Shown here one piece after another: positions 37,387 through 46,599 of a stretch of DNA of 64,000 nt. Where the stretch lies: positions 62,001 to 126,000 of the forward strand of contig CAXBME010000004.1 of the NCBI GenBank assembly GCA_963976765.1, given 5' to 3'. The DNA is from an uncultured Planctomycetaceae bacterium (GTDB lineage Bacteria > Planctomycetota > Planctomycetia > Planctomycetales > Planctomycetaceae). The translations under genes were made by a program, and so were the position numbers. Every line of letters starts with the position of its first letter. Within the stretch, counting starts at the first letter, position 1. The notes below the pieces were generated by a model, which saw only the letters and a program-made list of their open reading frames with translations, had not been told where the DNA came from and made no database searches.

Positions 37387-38988
37387 ATGAAACGACTGCT
37401 CTCCTTCATCGGACTGATCCTGCTGGCGAGTACGGCCCAGGCGGCGGACAAACCAAACATCCTGTTCATCGCGGTCGACGATCTGCGACCCGAGCTGGGT
37501 TGTTACGACTCGCCGGTTGCCGTGTCTCCGAACCTGGACGCGCTGGCGAAGAACGGCCTGCTGTTTAATCGAGCATACTGTCAGCAGGCGATCTGTCGTC
37601 CGTCCCGAGCGAGTCTGATGACCGGCGCTCGACCGGAAACAACGGGGCTCTTTCACAACTATGTGTCGCTGAGAGAACTCCAGCCGAACATCCTCACGCT
37701 GCCGCAGCACTTCATTGCCAACGGGTACGAAGCCGTCTATTGCGGAAAGATCTTTCACAACGGTGACACTGATGAGGGAACGTCCTGGAGTCGCGAGCCG
37801 GTGAAATGGCTGAAGAACGTAAAGAAACCAGCCGGGCCGTACGCTCTGCCTGAAAACAACAAAATGAAGGCTGACAATTTGAAGCTGATGCTCGCCAGAT
37901 ATGGCGAGGCAGCTCGCCGAGGTCTCGCGGCTGGTCCGGCTTACGAAATGGCCGACGTTCCCGATACCGCTTACGTCGACGGTTACAATACCCAACTCGC
38001 CATTGCCACCATGAAGCAGATGGTTGCTCAAAAGGACAAACCGTTTTTCCTCGGCATGGGCTACAAGCTGCCGCACCTCAACTGGTGTGCTCCGAAAAAG
38101 TATTGGGACCTTTACGATCCCGCGAAGATCCCGATGGCGTCGGAAGTCGATGCTCCGGAAAACGGAGCGGCAATGGGCCTGCATGCTTCGTTCGAACTTC
38201 GCACCCGAGCCGGCATTCCGAAGAGCGGCCCGCTCGGTCCGAAACTGTCTCGGACTTTGAAACACGCTTACCTGGCCAGCACCAGCTATGTCGACGCTCA
38301 GATTGGCTTGATGATTAAAGCTCTCGAAGATGCCGGCGTTCGCGACAACACAATCATCATCGTCTGGGGTGACCACGGCTGGCACCTCGGCGACATGGGT
38401 GTCTGGGGCAAGGCGACCAACTACGAAATCGCAACGCGAGTACCGCTGATGATTTCGGCTCCGGCGATGAAAGCTCGCGGCGTGAGATCTGACGCACTCG
38501 TCGAACTGGTCGACATCTTTCCAACGCTGTGTGAGCTGGCTGGTCTCTCGCGGCCCGACCATCTTGAGGGACACAGCTTCGCGCCGCTGCTCGACAAGCC
38601 GGATCAACCGTGGAAGAAAGCCGCCTTCAGCCAGTACCCCAACCCGGCGCTGCGGGAATGGGCGGCGAATCCGCTTTCACAGGGCATGCGAGAAACCTGG
38701 TTCGGCCCGCTCATCCAGGAAGTGGAAGGCCGGATCATCGCTCAGCAGGGCGACCAGTGGGACCGCGAGCTGTTCGAGAAACACCTCATGGGCTACACGA
38801 TGCGAACAGACCGCTACCGCCTGGTTGTGTGGCGCGATCATCGTGACCCGAAAGCAAAACCGATCTACGTCGAACTCTTCGACCACGAAACCGACTCGCG
38901 CGAAACGAAGAATATCGCGAGTGCCCATCCTGATCTGGTGAGCACTCTAAGTAAGCAACTCGATGCCGGCTGGAAGGCGGCCCTTTAG
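37387..38988 (+). CDS. secreted formylglycine-dependent sulfatase (iduronate-2-sulfatase/S1_7-like)
   Basis: PNILFIAVDDLR, CRPSRASLMTG (CxPxR), GKIFH, WGDHGWHLG. Confidence 0.93.
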   Translation: MKRLLSFIGLILLASTAQAADKPNILFIAVDDLRPELGCYDSPVAVSPNLDALAKNGLLFNRAYCQQAICRPSRASLMTGARPETTGLFHNYVSLRELQPNILTLPQHFIANGYEAVYCGKIFHNGDTDEGTSWSREPVKWLKNVKKPAGPYALPENNKMKADNLKLMLARYGEAARRGLAAGPAYEMADVPDTAYVDGYNTQLAIATMKQMVAQKDKPFFLGMGYKLPHLNWCAPKKYWDLYDPAKIPMASEVDAPENGAAMGLHASFELRTRAGIPKSGPLGPKLSRTLKHAYLASTSYVDAQIGLMIKALEDAGVRDNTIIIVWGDHGWHLGDMGVWGKATNYEIATRVPLMISAPAMKARGVRSDALVELVDIFPTLCELAGLSRPDHLEGHSFAPLLDKPDQPWKKAAFSQYPNPALREWAANPLSQGMRETWFGPLIQEVEGRIIAQQGDQWDRELFEKHLMGYTMRTDRYRLVVWRDHRDPKAKPIYVELFDHETDSRETKNIASAHPDLVSTLSKQLDAGWKAAL

Positions 38989-39065
38989 ACGAGGGACGCC
39001 AAATTGCAGGGCCGGTGGTCACCGGTCGGTTTTTACAGGGTTACCCAAAACTGAGCGATTCAATC

Positions 39066-41828
39066 ATGAAGTTTCTTTTCCGTTTGCTCACGGTTTCAGC
39101 CGTACTGATGATGTGTTCGGTTGCCGTTGCTGACGACGTCGATTTTCAGCGTGACATCGCTCCGATCCTCGAAGAGCGTTGCTGGCACTGCCACGGTGAG
39201 GACGAACAGGAATCGAATCTGCGGCTCGATCTTCGCGCGTGGATGTTGCGAGGTGGAGATTCCGGTCTCGCGGCGGTCGTTCCTGGCAAGCCAGAGAAGA
39301 GCTACCTGATCGAGCTGATCAATCACGTCGACGACGAAATGAGGATGCCGCCCGACGAGGACAGACTGCCGGCCAGAGAAATTTCTTTGCTGACTGAGTG
39401 GATCAGGCAGGGCGCGGTCTGGCCCGGTCAGATGGAAGCGGTTGTCGAAGAAAAGTCTGATCACTGGTCGTTTCAGCCGGTCGTACGGCCCGACGTTCCG
39501 AAGTCTTCAGGCGGGTCGAACAATACCGTCGACGCATTTCTGCAAGAAGCTCTCGCAGCCAACGGCCTGAAATTCTCAGAACGCGCTGACGCTCGGTCGC
39601 TGATCCGCCGAGCGTCGATCGTGCTGACAGGACTCGCTCCAACCGCTGAGGAAACAATTGCGTTTGAGACAGCTCATCAGGTCGGCTCCGACAAAGCGTA
39701 CGAAGCGTTGATCGAACGACTACTGGCTTCACCTCACTTCGGCGAACGATGGGCTCAGCACTGGCTCGATGTCATTCGCTGGGCCGAAACCAACGGTTCC
39801 GAAGCGAACCTTTACCGCAAGAACGCCTGGATTTATCGCGACTATGTCGTGCGAGCTTTCAACGAAGACAAGCCGTACGACCAGTTCGTGCGAGAGCAGA
39901 TCGCGGGCGATTCACTGGGCATGGGCGAGGCCACTGGCTTCCTCGTGGCCGGCCCGCACGTCCCTGCGGCGACCGTCGGTCGCGAACCGTCAGCCATTCG
40001 TCAGGCTCGTGCGGACCGGATGGACGAAATCATGCAGACCGTCGGAGCGTCGATCATGGGCGTCACAATGGGATGCGCACGATGTCACAATCATAAGTTC
40101 GACCCGATCACGATCCAGGACTACTACTCGATGACCGGCGTGTTTCAGGATGTTGAATTCGGCAGCCGGTTTCCAGAATTTTCAGAAGACCATCCTCGCC
40201 GCAAACGCGGGCAGGAACTCTGGCGGGCAATCGCTGAACAACGCCGGCTCCTGCGAGAATTCGGAGGCTGGGAAGAAAACTGGGGCGCCTTCCGCGAACT
40301 TCACTTCAAGCCTGTCACCACGAAGGCTGTGAGAATTCGCTTCAAGCAGCCGAGCGTTGGCCTCGACGAGCTGGAAGTTTTCGGCACGAAAAACCGCAAC
40401 GACAACCTCGCTCACGAGCGGAACGGAACCAGGGTCAGCGGCTCTCCCGAAGACGGCGTGGATGGTCGGTTCCCGATCGAGCGGTTGATCGATGGCGAAT
40501 TCGGCACGATGACCTGGCGGGCTGATTTCCCAAAAAATTCGGAAGAGCGTCCGTGGGTCCGATTTGACTTCGCCGAAGCAATGGATGTTGATCGGCTGCG
40601 GCTTTCGAACAATCGCGAATACTTTTACGACACAGACTATCTCGACAGGAAACCGTTTCTGCCGAGATACGAATTCGACATGGACGTGCTCCAGGAAGAC
40701 GGCTCGTGGAAACCCTGGGTCGGCACCTGGTTCGTCAATACAAAGCTCAACGAGAGTCATCCTGAACGAAAGCCGTCGCTCGCGAAAATTCAGAAAGCAA
40801 TCGCCACTCTGGCCGAAGAAGGACCGCGTCCCAGTTTCGTTGGGCGGTTTGTTCGTCCTGAAGTAACCCGCGTTCTGCTGCGGGGCAGCCCGGAAAATCC
40901 TCGCGACGAAGTTGCCCCTGCAGGCCCGGCAATTCTCAACGGCAATTTGAATCTGACATCCGCTGCGACCGGCTCCGAACGCCGAGCTGAATTCGCCAGA
41001 TGGATCAGCAGCGTCGACAACCCGCTGACCGCTCGCGTCATGGTCAACCGGATCTGGCATCACGTTTTTGGCAGCGGCATCGTGCCGACGACTAGCGACT
41101 TCGGAAAAGCCGGAGCATCTCCGACAAATCCGCAATTGCTCGACTGGCTCGCAGCGGAGTTTGTTCACCCAACGGTGTCGGAGACGGCTCCGTGGTCGAT
41201 GAAGTCGGTGATTCGTCTGCTGGTTATGTCTGATGCTTTCCGCCAGTCGAGCCAACCAGATCCCAACGGCCTCGCCAGAGACGCGAGCGCTGAGCTGCTC
41301 TGGAGATTTCCACCGAAACGAGTCGAAGCCGAAGTAATTCGCGATTCGATTCTGCAGGCTTCAGCCGCTCTCGATCGAACAATCGGCGGACGCAGCTACC
41401 GCATCCACAACGAGAAAAAGACCTACGCTCAGTGGGAAGTTGTGAACAACCACGGTCCACAAACCTGGAGACGCCTGCTTTATCAGGAACGAATGAGGCG
41501 TGTTGACGACGGCATCTTCACAGCGTTCGATTTTCCGGACTGCGGTCAGGTTCGAGCGAAGCGGCCAGTGTCGACAACTCCGCTCCAGGCTCTCAACCTG
41601 ATGAACAGCGACTTCGTGCTCGAACAATCGAAACGAATCGCCGATCGCGCAAAGAAGGACGCCGGCGACGACGAGGTTCGATCGGTCGACCGCTGCTTCG
41701 AATTGTTGCTCGGTCGAACACCGGACGATCAGGAACGTCAGGCATGCGTCGCTCTGGCCAAAGAAAACGACCTGCCACTCGTGTGTCGAGCGTTGATCAA
41801 TTCGAACGAATTTGCATTTCTGCCGTGA
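39066..41828 (+). CDS. planctomycete cytochrome c / DUF1549 (PSCyt2) / DUF1553 (PSD1) protein with discoidin-like inserts
   Basis: Signal peptide; CWHCH and CARCHNHKFDPI heme motifs; GERWAQHWLD; NPLTARVMVNRIW; TTPLQALNLMN. Confidence 0.93.
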   Translation: MKFLFRLLTVSAVLMMCSVAVADDVDFQRDIAPILEERCWHCHGEDEQESNLRLDLRAWMLRGGDSGLAAVVPGKPEKSYLIELINHVDDEMRMPPDEDRLPAREISLLTEWIRQGAVWPGQMEAVVEEKSDHWSFQPVVRPDVPKSSGGSNNTVDAFLQEALAANGLKFSERADARSLIRRASIVLTGLAPTAEETIAFETAHQVGSDKAYEALIERLLASPHFGERWAQHWLDVIRWAETNGSEANLYRKNAWIYRDYVVRAFNEDKPYDQFVREQIAGDSLGMGEATGFLVAGPHVPAATVGREPSAIRQARADRMDEIMQTVGASIMGVTMGCARCHNHKFDPITIQDYYSMTGVFQDVEFGSRFPEFSEDHPRRKRGQELWRAIAEQRRLLREFGGWEENWGAFRELHFKPVTTKAVRIRFKQPSVGLDELEVFGTKNRNDNLAHERNGTRVSGSPEDGVDGRFPIERLIDGEFGTMTWRADFPKNSEERPWVRFDFAEAMDVDRLRLSNNREYFYDTDYLDRKPFLPRYEFDMDVLQEDGSWKPWVGTWFVNTKLNESHPERKPSLAKIQKAIATLAEEGPRPSFVGRFVRPEVTRVLLRGSPENPRDEVAPAGPAILNGNLNLTSAATGSERRAEFARWISSVDNPLTARVMVNRIWHHVFGSGIVPTTSDFGKAGASPTNPQLLDWLAAEFVHPTVSETAPWSMKSVIRLLVMSDAFRQSSQPDPNGLARDASAELLWRFPPKRVEAEVIRDSILQASAALDRTIGGRSYRIHNEKKTYAQWEVVNNHGPQTWRRLLYQERMRRVDDGIFTAFDFPDCGQVRAKRPVSTTPLQALNLMNSDFVLEQSKRIADRAKKDAGDDEVRSVDRCFELLLGRTPDDQERQACVALAKENDLPLVCRALINSNEFAFLP

Positions 41829-41853
41829 ATCAAAACCCGCAGGAAATAAAACA

Positions 41854-43356
41854 ATGACTAACCCGGAACAACTTTCACCACTCGATCGGCAGTTGCTCGA
41901 CCGTCGCAGTTTCCTGGAAACTGCCGGGCTGTCGACAGCCGGGCTGGCGCTGACGAGCATGCTCGCCAACGATGGTCTCCTGGCAGATATGCCGAAAACG
42001 GTGAGCGGGAAGGATCCGATTCGACCGGACATTGATCCCAACAATCCGTACGCGGCGAGAAAGTCTCATTTCGACATGCCGGCGAAGCAGGTTCTGGTCA
42101 TCTATTGTCCCGGAGCGGTCAGCCATATCGACACGTTCGATTACAAGCCGTCGCTGACGAAGCTGCACGGCCAGAAACCGCCGGGACTTCCGGACGTCAC
42201 GTTTGAAGGGCCTTCCGGAAACATCGCCAAACCGTTCTGGGATTTCAAACCTCGCGGTGAGACCGGCAAAATGGTTTCCGATCTGTTGCCGAACCTCGCA
42301 GAACAGGTTGACGATTTCTGCTTTCTGCACGCCATGTCAACAAGCACCAGCGCCCATCCTCAGGGTGAGAATTTCATGAACACCGGCTTTACAATGGAAG
42401 GTTTTCCGTCGTTCGGTGCCTGGGTCACTTACGCCCTGGGAACAGAAAACCAGGACCTGCCGGCGTTCGTGGCGATCAACGATCCGCGAGGCCTGGCTCG
42501 AAGTGGCAAGAACAATTTCGGCAGCGGCTTCCTGCCCGCGGCGTTCCAGGCGACCGACTTCAACGCAAAGAATCCGCCGAACAATCTCAATCGACCAGAC
42601 GCGATCTCGTCGCAGGCCGATCAGAGAACCGTCGATCTTTTGAAAAGGCTGAACGCGCGGCATCTCGAAAAGTATCCCGGCGACGCCGATCTCGCCGGAC
42701 GAATCGCCAGCTATGAACTCGCGGGAAAGATGCAGACTTCGGTACCGGAAGTCATGGACCTGTCCGGCGAAACGGAATCGACACTCAAGGCCTACGGGGT
42801 CGAAGGCGGCAGCGAACTCCGCGGCCAATACGCAAAGAACTGCATCCTCGCCAGACGCCTGCTGGAAAAAGGTGTCCGAGTCGTTCAGCTCTTCAACGGC
42901 AGCGATCCGGCTGGCGGAAACGGCATCACCAACTGGGACTCGCATTCCGACATTCTGAAGACCCACGCCATGCAGGCTGAAATCATGGATCAGCCAACGT
43001 CGGCCCTGATTGCCGACATGAAGCAACGAGGTCTGCTCGAAAATACGCTGGTCGTGTGGGCGACCGAGTTTGGTCGTATGCCGTTTCTCCAGGCCAACGG
43101 AACCGGTCGAGATCACAATCCCGGAGCGTTCACCTGCTTCCTGGCTGGCGCCGGCGTCAAACGCGGATTCAGCTACGGCGAGAGCGACGAATTCGGCTTC
43201 GAAGCGGCTGTCAATAAGACGACGGTTTACGACTTCAACGCTACCATTCTACATCTGATGGGCCTCAACCACGAACACCTGACCTTTTACCACAACGGCC
43301 TCGAACGCCGCCTGACCAACGTCCACGGTCATGTCATTCAGGACGTGCTGGCGTAG
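41854..43356 (+). CDS. DUF1501 family protein with Tat-like signal
   Basis: DRRSFLET twin-arginine motif, SHIDTFDYKP, LARRLLEKGVR, WDSH, TEFGRMP, GRDHN. Confidence 0.93.
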   Translation: MTNPEQLSPLDRQLLDRRSFLETAGLSTAGLALTSMLANDGLLADMPKTVSGKDPIRPDIDPNNPYAARKSHFDMPAKQVLVIYCPGAVSHIDTFDYKPSLTKLHGQKPPGLPDVTFEGPSGNIAKPFWDFKPRGETGKMVSDLLPNLAEQVDDFCFLHAMSTSTSAHPQGENFMNTGFTMEGFPSFGAWVTYALGTENQDLPAFVAINDPRGLARSGKNNFGSGFLPAAFQATDFNAKNPPNNLNRPDAISSQADQRTVDLLKRLNARHLEKYPGDADLAGRIASYELAGKMQTSVPEVMDLSGETESTLKAYGVEGGSELRGQYAKNCILARRLLEKGVRVVQLFNGSDPAGGNGITNWDSHSDILKTHAMQAEIMDQPTSALIADMKQRGLLENTLVVWATEFGRMPFLQANGTGRDHNPGAFTCFLAGAGVKRGFSYGESDEFGFEAAVNKTTVYDFNATILHLMGLNHEHLTFYHNGLERRLTNVHGHVIQDVLA

Positions 43357-43441
43357 CCGCCTGGCCGCTGATTAACATCCGTATCGAGTTTCTCTTCTGT
43401 TCACTGAAGCTTGTCGAACACTAAATCTTCTGGAGTGCGGC

Positions 43442-44284
43442 ATGAGCAGCGAAAAACGTCAGTCGTCACGAGTCGTCGCTGTAGCAGGTGCGGGGGCCAT
43501 TGGTCTTTCCGCATTTTTTGCAAGGGGACTCGCTCGGATGGGGACACTACTCGACGATGTTGTCAGGCTCGGCAGCAGGCCGGCGATTAGCACAGCTGAT
43601 GATTTCGCGTCAGCGAGTCGCTTTGCTGGTGGGACAGTTGACGACTTTGCTTCTTCATCTCGTTTCGGAATCTCGCCAAACGCAGGCACCAGCCTGATAG
43701 ATGACGCTGGCAATACTGTAGCAAATCTTGACGACGTGTTTGCTCCAGAGGCATTCGCCGACGAAATGATCTTGGCCTCAGGGCGTCGCAGCGTCAGTAG
43801 TATGGCCAGAGGGAATCGCATTCGAGTTTCGAATCGAACACGGATTTCGAATGGAGTCAAGTCGATTGAAAACTCATCAAAGAGATTCAGAGGTGGTCTC
43901 GATCGTAGTATGGACGCGCACGATATGTTTGAGCTGCTAACCGATGGCAACGAAATTCCTTTTCACTCCCCAATCGATCAGCAGCTGGATTCGGGCGTCT
44001 TCACTGAGCGTTTGGACCGGCAAGCTTCTTCGTGGAGTCCTGTGTACCAGGGACGTCAGGTATCGATCTGTTTTCCAGAAGAGCAACTCAAATCAATTAA
44101 GCAATTTCAGGAAGATTCGTTCCTGCGAATTGACGAGGATAATGGTCGTGTCATTGTCGAATTGACGCAGGAACAATTCCTTAGCTGGATCAGTGGGGAC
44201 CTGGACCAAAACGCAATTCGGCTGTTGATACTTAACAGGGTTGAAACTGAGCTGAATTCAGGCAAGGGCAACTCACGACCATGA
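43442..44284 (+). CDS. hypothetical protein with N-terminal hydrophobic segment
   Basis: 280-aa ORF with GGAG SD, ATGA overlap with the next gene, visibly more AT-rich than its neighbours; no recognised motif. Confidence 0.6.
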   Translation: MSSEKRQSSRVVAVAGAGAIGLSAFFARGLARMGTLLDDVVRLGSRPAISTADDFASASRFAGGTVDDFASSSRFGISPNAGTSLIDDAGNTVANLDDVFAPEAFADEMILASGRRSVSSMARGNRIRVSNRTRISNGVKSIENSSKRFRGGLDRSMDAHDMFELLTDGNEIPFHSPIDQQLDSGVFTERLDRQASSWSPVYQGRQVSICFPEEQLKSIKQFQEDSFLRIDEDNGRVIVELTQEQFLSWISGDLDQNAIRLLILNRVETELNSGKGNSRP

Positions 44285-44790
44285 GAATTGGAGTTTTCGC
44301 CGACGTTCACGATCACCTCGATAATCTTCGAGTGGCTGTTGCGCGGTTTAATGATGAGCAGGTTGAAGCGGTTCTGTTTGCCGGAGATCTGGTGTCGACG
44401 TTCGCCGTGCCGCCGTTGCGGAAACTCAATTGCCCGTTCGTTGGCTGCTTCGGCGACAACGAGGGAAACAGGATTGGTCTTTATGGCGGGATGAAGATCG
44501 TCGGCACGATCGGAGAGCCTCCGTTCTGTTACCGAGCGGCTGACGGAACCAGAATCCTGCTCACACACGCTCTGGCCTGGACGAAGGGCTGCGAGGGCGA
44601 ATTCGACGTTCTGGTCTACGCACACACTCACCAGCCGAGCATCCGCAAGGATGAACAGGACCGGCTGTTTCTCAACCCCGGCGAGACCAGCGGCTGGAGT
44701 TACGGCAAACCAACGATCGCCATCCTCGACACATCGACAAGAGAAGCCGAAATTCTGCCGCTCTTTGAACATGCTCCGCACTGTTCATGA
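44281..44790 (+). CDS. YfcE/MJ0936-type metallophosphoesterase
   Basis: ADVHD, AGDL, GDNE, THA, AHTH and NPGE motifs. Confidence 0.9.
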   Translation: MRIGVFADVHDHLDNLRVAVARFNDEQVEAVLFAGDLVSTFAVPPLRKLNCPFVGCFGDNEGNRIGLYGGMKIVGTIGEPPFCYRAADGTRILLTHALAWTKGCEGEFDVLVYAHTHQPSIRKDEQDRLFLNPGETSGWSYGKPTIAILDTSTREAEILPLFEHAPHCS

Positions 44791-44812
44791 ATTCGGAGGT
44801 AACGTAGTTTCC

Positions 44813-44897
44813 GTAGGTCAGACTCTGCCTGACGAAATCCGGAACTGATTGTCAGCACTGCCCTTCGCCAAACTTCGTCAGGCGAAGCCTGACCTAC
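44813..44897. repeat. inverted pair of GTAG-type REP-like palindromes (family A)
   Basis: GTAGGTCAGACTCTGCCTGACG ... CGTCAGGCGAAGCCTGACCTAC. Confidence 0.8.
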
Positions 44898-44914
44898 ACG
44901 AAATCGCTACCCAC

Positions 44915-45373
44915 ATGCCTGATTCGCCACCGACCGTCATCGTGATTCACCCTCGTGAGAAACGCAGCAAGTGCAGCGTTGAACCTCTGCGAGGAAAGGA
45001 CGACTTCATCTTCTGGAAGTTTCCGGATCGGGGCTCTGAACCAATCGATGGATACGTCCGGCTGGGCATCGGCGGGCCGGAACTGTCGGCAGACGACGCG
45101 TCGAAGGGATTGCTCGTGCTGGATGGAACCTGGCGGCTGGCTCAGAAGATGGAGCCGTTCTTTAACGAGTTTCCTGTTCGAACGCTTCCCGCCTGGCAGA
45201 CCGCCTACCCGCGAGTGTCCAAAGTTTTCGATGACCCAACGGGTGGACTGGCAACGATCGAAGCGATTTTTGCGGCTCACACAATCCTCGGAAAAGACAC
45301 ATCGGGATTACTTGATGACTATTACTGGGCCGAGCAGTTTCTCGAACTTAATCGAGATCGGCTGCCGGTTTGA
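44915..45373 (+). CDS. Tsr3/DTW (TDD superfamily, DUF367-like) aminocarboxypropyltransferase-like protein
   Basis: [41 protein letters not shown]. Confidence 0.75.
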   Translation: MPDSPPTVIVIHPREKRSKCSVEPLRGKDDFIFWKFPDRGSEPIDGYVRLGIGGPELSADDASKGLLVLDGTWRLAQKMEPFFNEFPVRTLPAWQTAYPRVSKVFDDPTGGLATIEAIFAAHTILGKDTSGLLDDYYWAEQFLELNRDRLPV

Positions 45374-45546
45374 GGAATTTCGACGGGAAGTCCGTTCGTC
45401 GGTTGCGACCCGGAATGAGCCGCGGCATGATGGGCAAATTGCGTCAAGTCTGGCAGTTTCGGTGACGATTCTGGATAGGTAGACTCCGTTACCTGCCTTG
45501 ATGCATCCCACCCGCATCCACTTTTTACACTCCCATGAGGTTCCCA

Positions 45547-46404
45547 ATGAATACTCTCCGTACGTCGATTGTCTGCGCTGCTGTGGCATGCGTCGCCGCC
45601 AGCCCGCTCTACGCCGGAAGCAAAAACTGCTGCCCACCACCGACCGCCTGCTACCAATGCCAGGCCGGAACAACTCAAACGTCGCCGCAGATGGCCGGCT
45701 GCCGATTTCCACTGTCGTACACCGACGCTCTGGCACGAGCTGAAGACGCGACGAAAGCCGAAGCCGCCAACAAGGAACTGCTGGCTCAGCTTGCCAGCTT
45801 GAAGGCCGAGCTGGCCACCGCCACTCAGCAGCGTGATGAAGCGATTGCGTCTGCAAAGAAATCAGATGCCGCAGCAAAGAATGCTCAGGTCGTTGCCGCT
45901 CAGGCTCAGGCTCAGGCAAAGCAGAGTGCAGTTGCCGCTGCTGAAGCGAAAGCTGCTGCTGACAAGGCACTGGCTCAGGCTGCTGAAGCGAACAAAGCAA
46001 AGACCGCCGCCGCCGCCGCTGAGCAGGCTGCGAAAGCTCAGGCTGAAGCTGCCACGAAGCAGGCTGCAACCGCCGTCGCTCAAGCCAAGTCTGCTCAGGA
46101 AGAAGCTGAAAAGCAACGACAAGTCGCTGAAGCGAACGCTCAAAAAGCCGCTGCTGAAGCCAAGGCTCAGATCGCTCAGTTGAACAAGTCGCTGGCTGAC
46201 GCTCAGGCTGAACTTGCTTCCGCAAAGAAAACCGTGACTGAGCAGGCTGCAAAACTCGAAGCTGCCGCCGCCGTTCAGAATGTGGCCACGGAAGAAAAGC
46301 CGGCACCAGCCGACGATGATGCTCCAGCTCCCGAGCCGGCCGCTGACAACTCAGACAAGACAGCAAAGACTGAAGAGAATTCAGAAGTGGAAAGCGAGTC
46401 CTAA
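45547..46404 (+). CDS. secreted Ala/Lys/Gln-rich coiled-coil protein
   Basis: Signal peptide, Cys-rich segment (CCPPPTACYQC), ~190-aa Ala-rich helical region, acidic tail; GAGG SD; own terminator. Confidence 0.8.
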   Translation: MNTLRTSIVCAAVACVAASPLYAGSKNCCPPPTACYQCQAGTTQTSPQMAGCRFPLSYTDALARAEDATKAEAANKELLAQLASLKAELATATQQRDEAIASAKKSDAAAKNAQVVAAQAQAQAKQSAVAAAEAKAAADKALAQAAEANKAKTAAAAAEQAAKAQAEAATKQAATAVAQAKSAQEEAEKQRQVAEANAQKAAAEAKAQIAQLNKSLADAQAELASAKKTVTEQAAKLEAAAAVQNVATEEKPAPADDDAPAPEPAADNSDKTAKTEENSEVESES

Positions 46405-46441
46405 ATCGATCGCGGTTCCTGCAGCTTTAAGAGAAGAAATT

Positions 46442-46478
46442 AAACGGGGGCAGTCGTTCATTCGGCTGGCCCCGTTTT
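46442..46478 (+). terminator. rho-independent terminator
   Basis: AAACGGGGGCAGTCG-TTCATT-CGGCTGGCCCCGTTTT. Confidence 0.7.
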
Positions 46479-46501
46479 CAATTGATCAAGGCAGAGTTAT
46501 C

Positions 46502-46573
46502 AACCACGGAAATTACGGAATGACACAGGACGAGGCGGCAGCTCTTCCGTGTCATTTCGTGCCTTCCGTGGTT
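46502..46573. repeat. miniature palindromic element (family C, AACCACGGAA...TTCCGTGGTT)
   Basis: Imperfect inverted repeat; second copy at 51500-51561. Confidence 0.75.
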
Positions 46574-46599
46574 CGCATCTTCCGCAGTATCGTCCTGAC

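Noticed and set aside
45308..46366. 352-aa Gln/Leu/Arg-rich minus-strand ORF
   Set aside because: Mirror of the Ala-rich low-complexity gene, which has the SD, signal peptide and terminator
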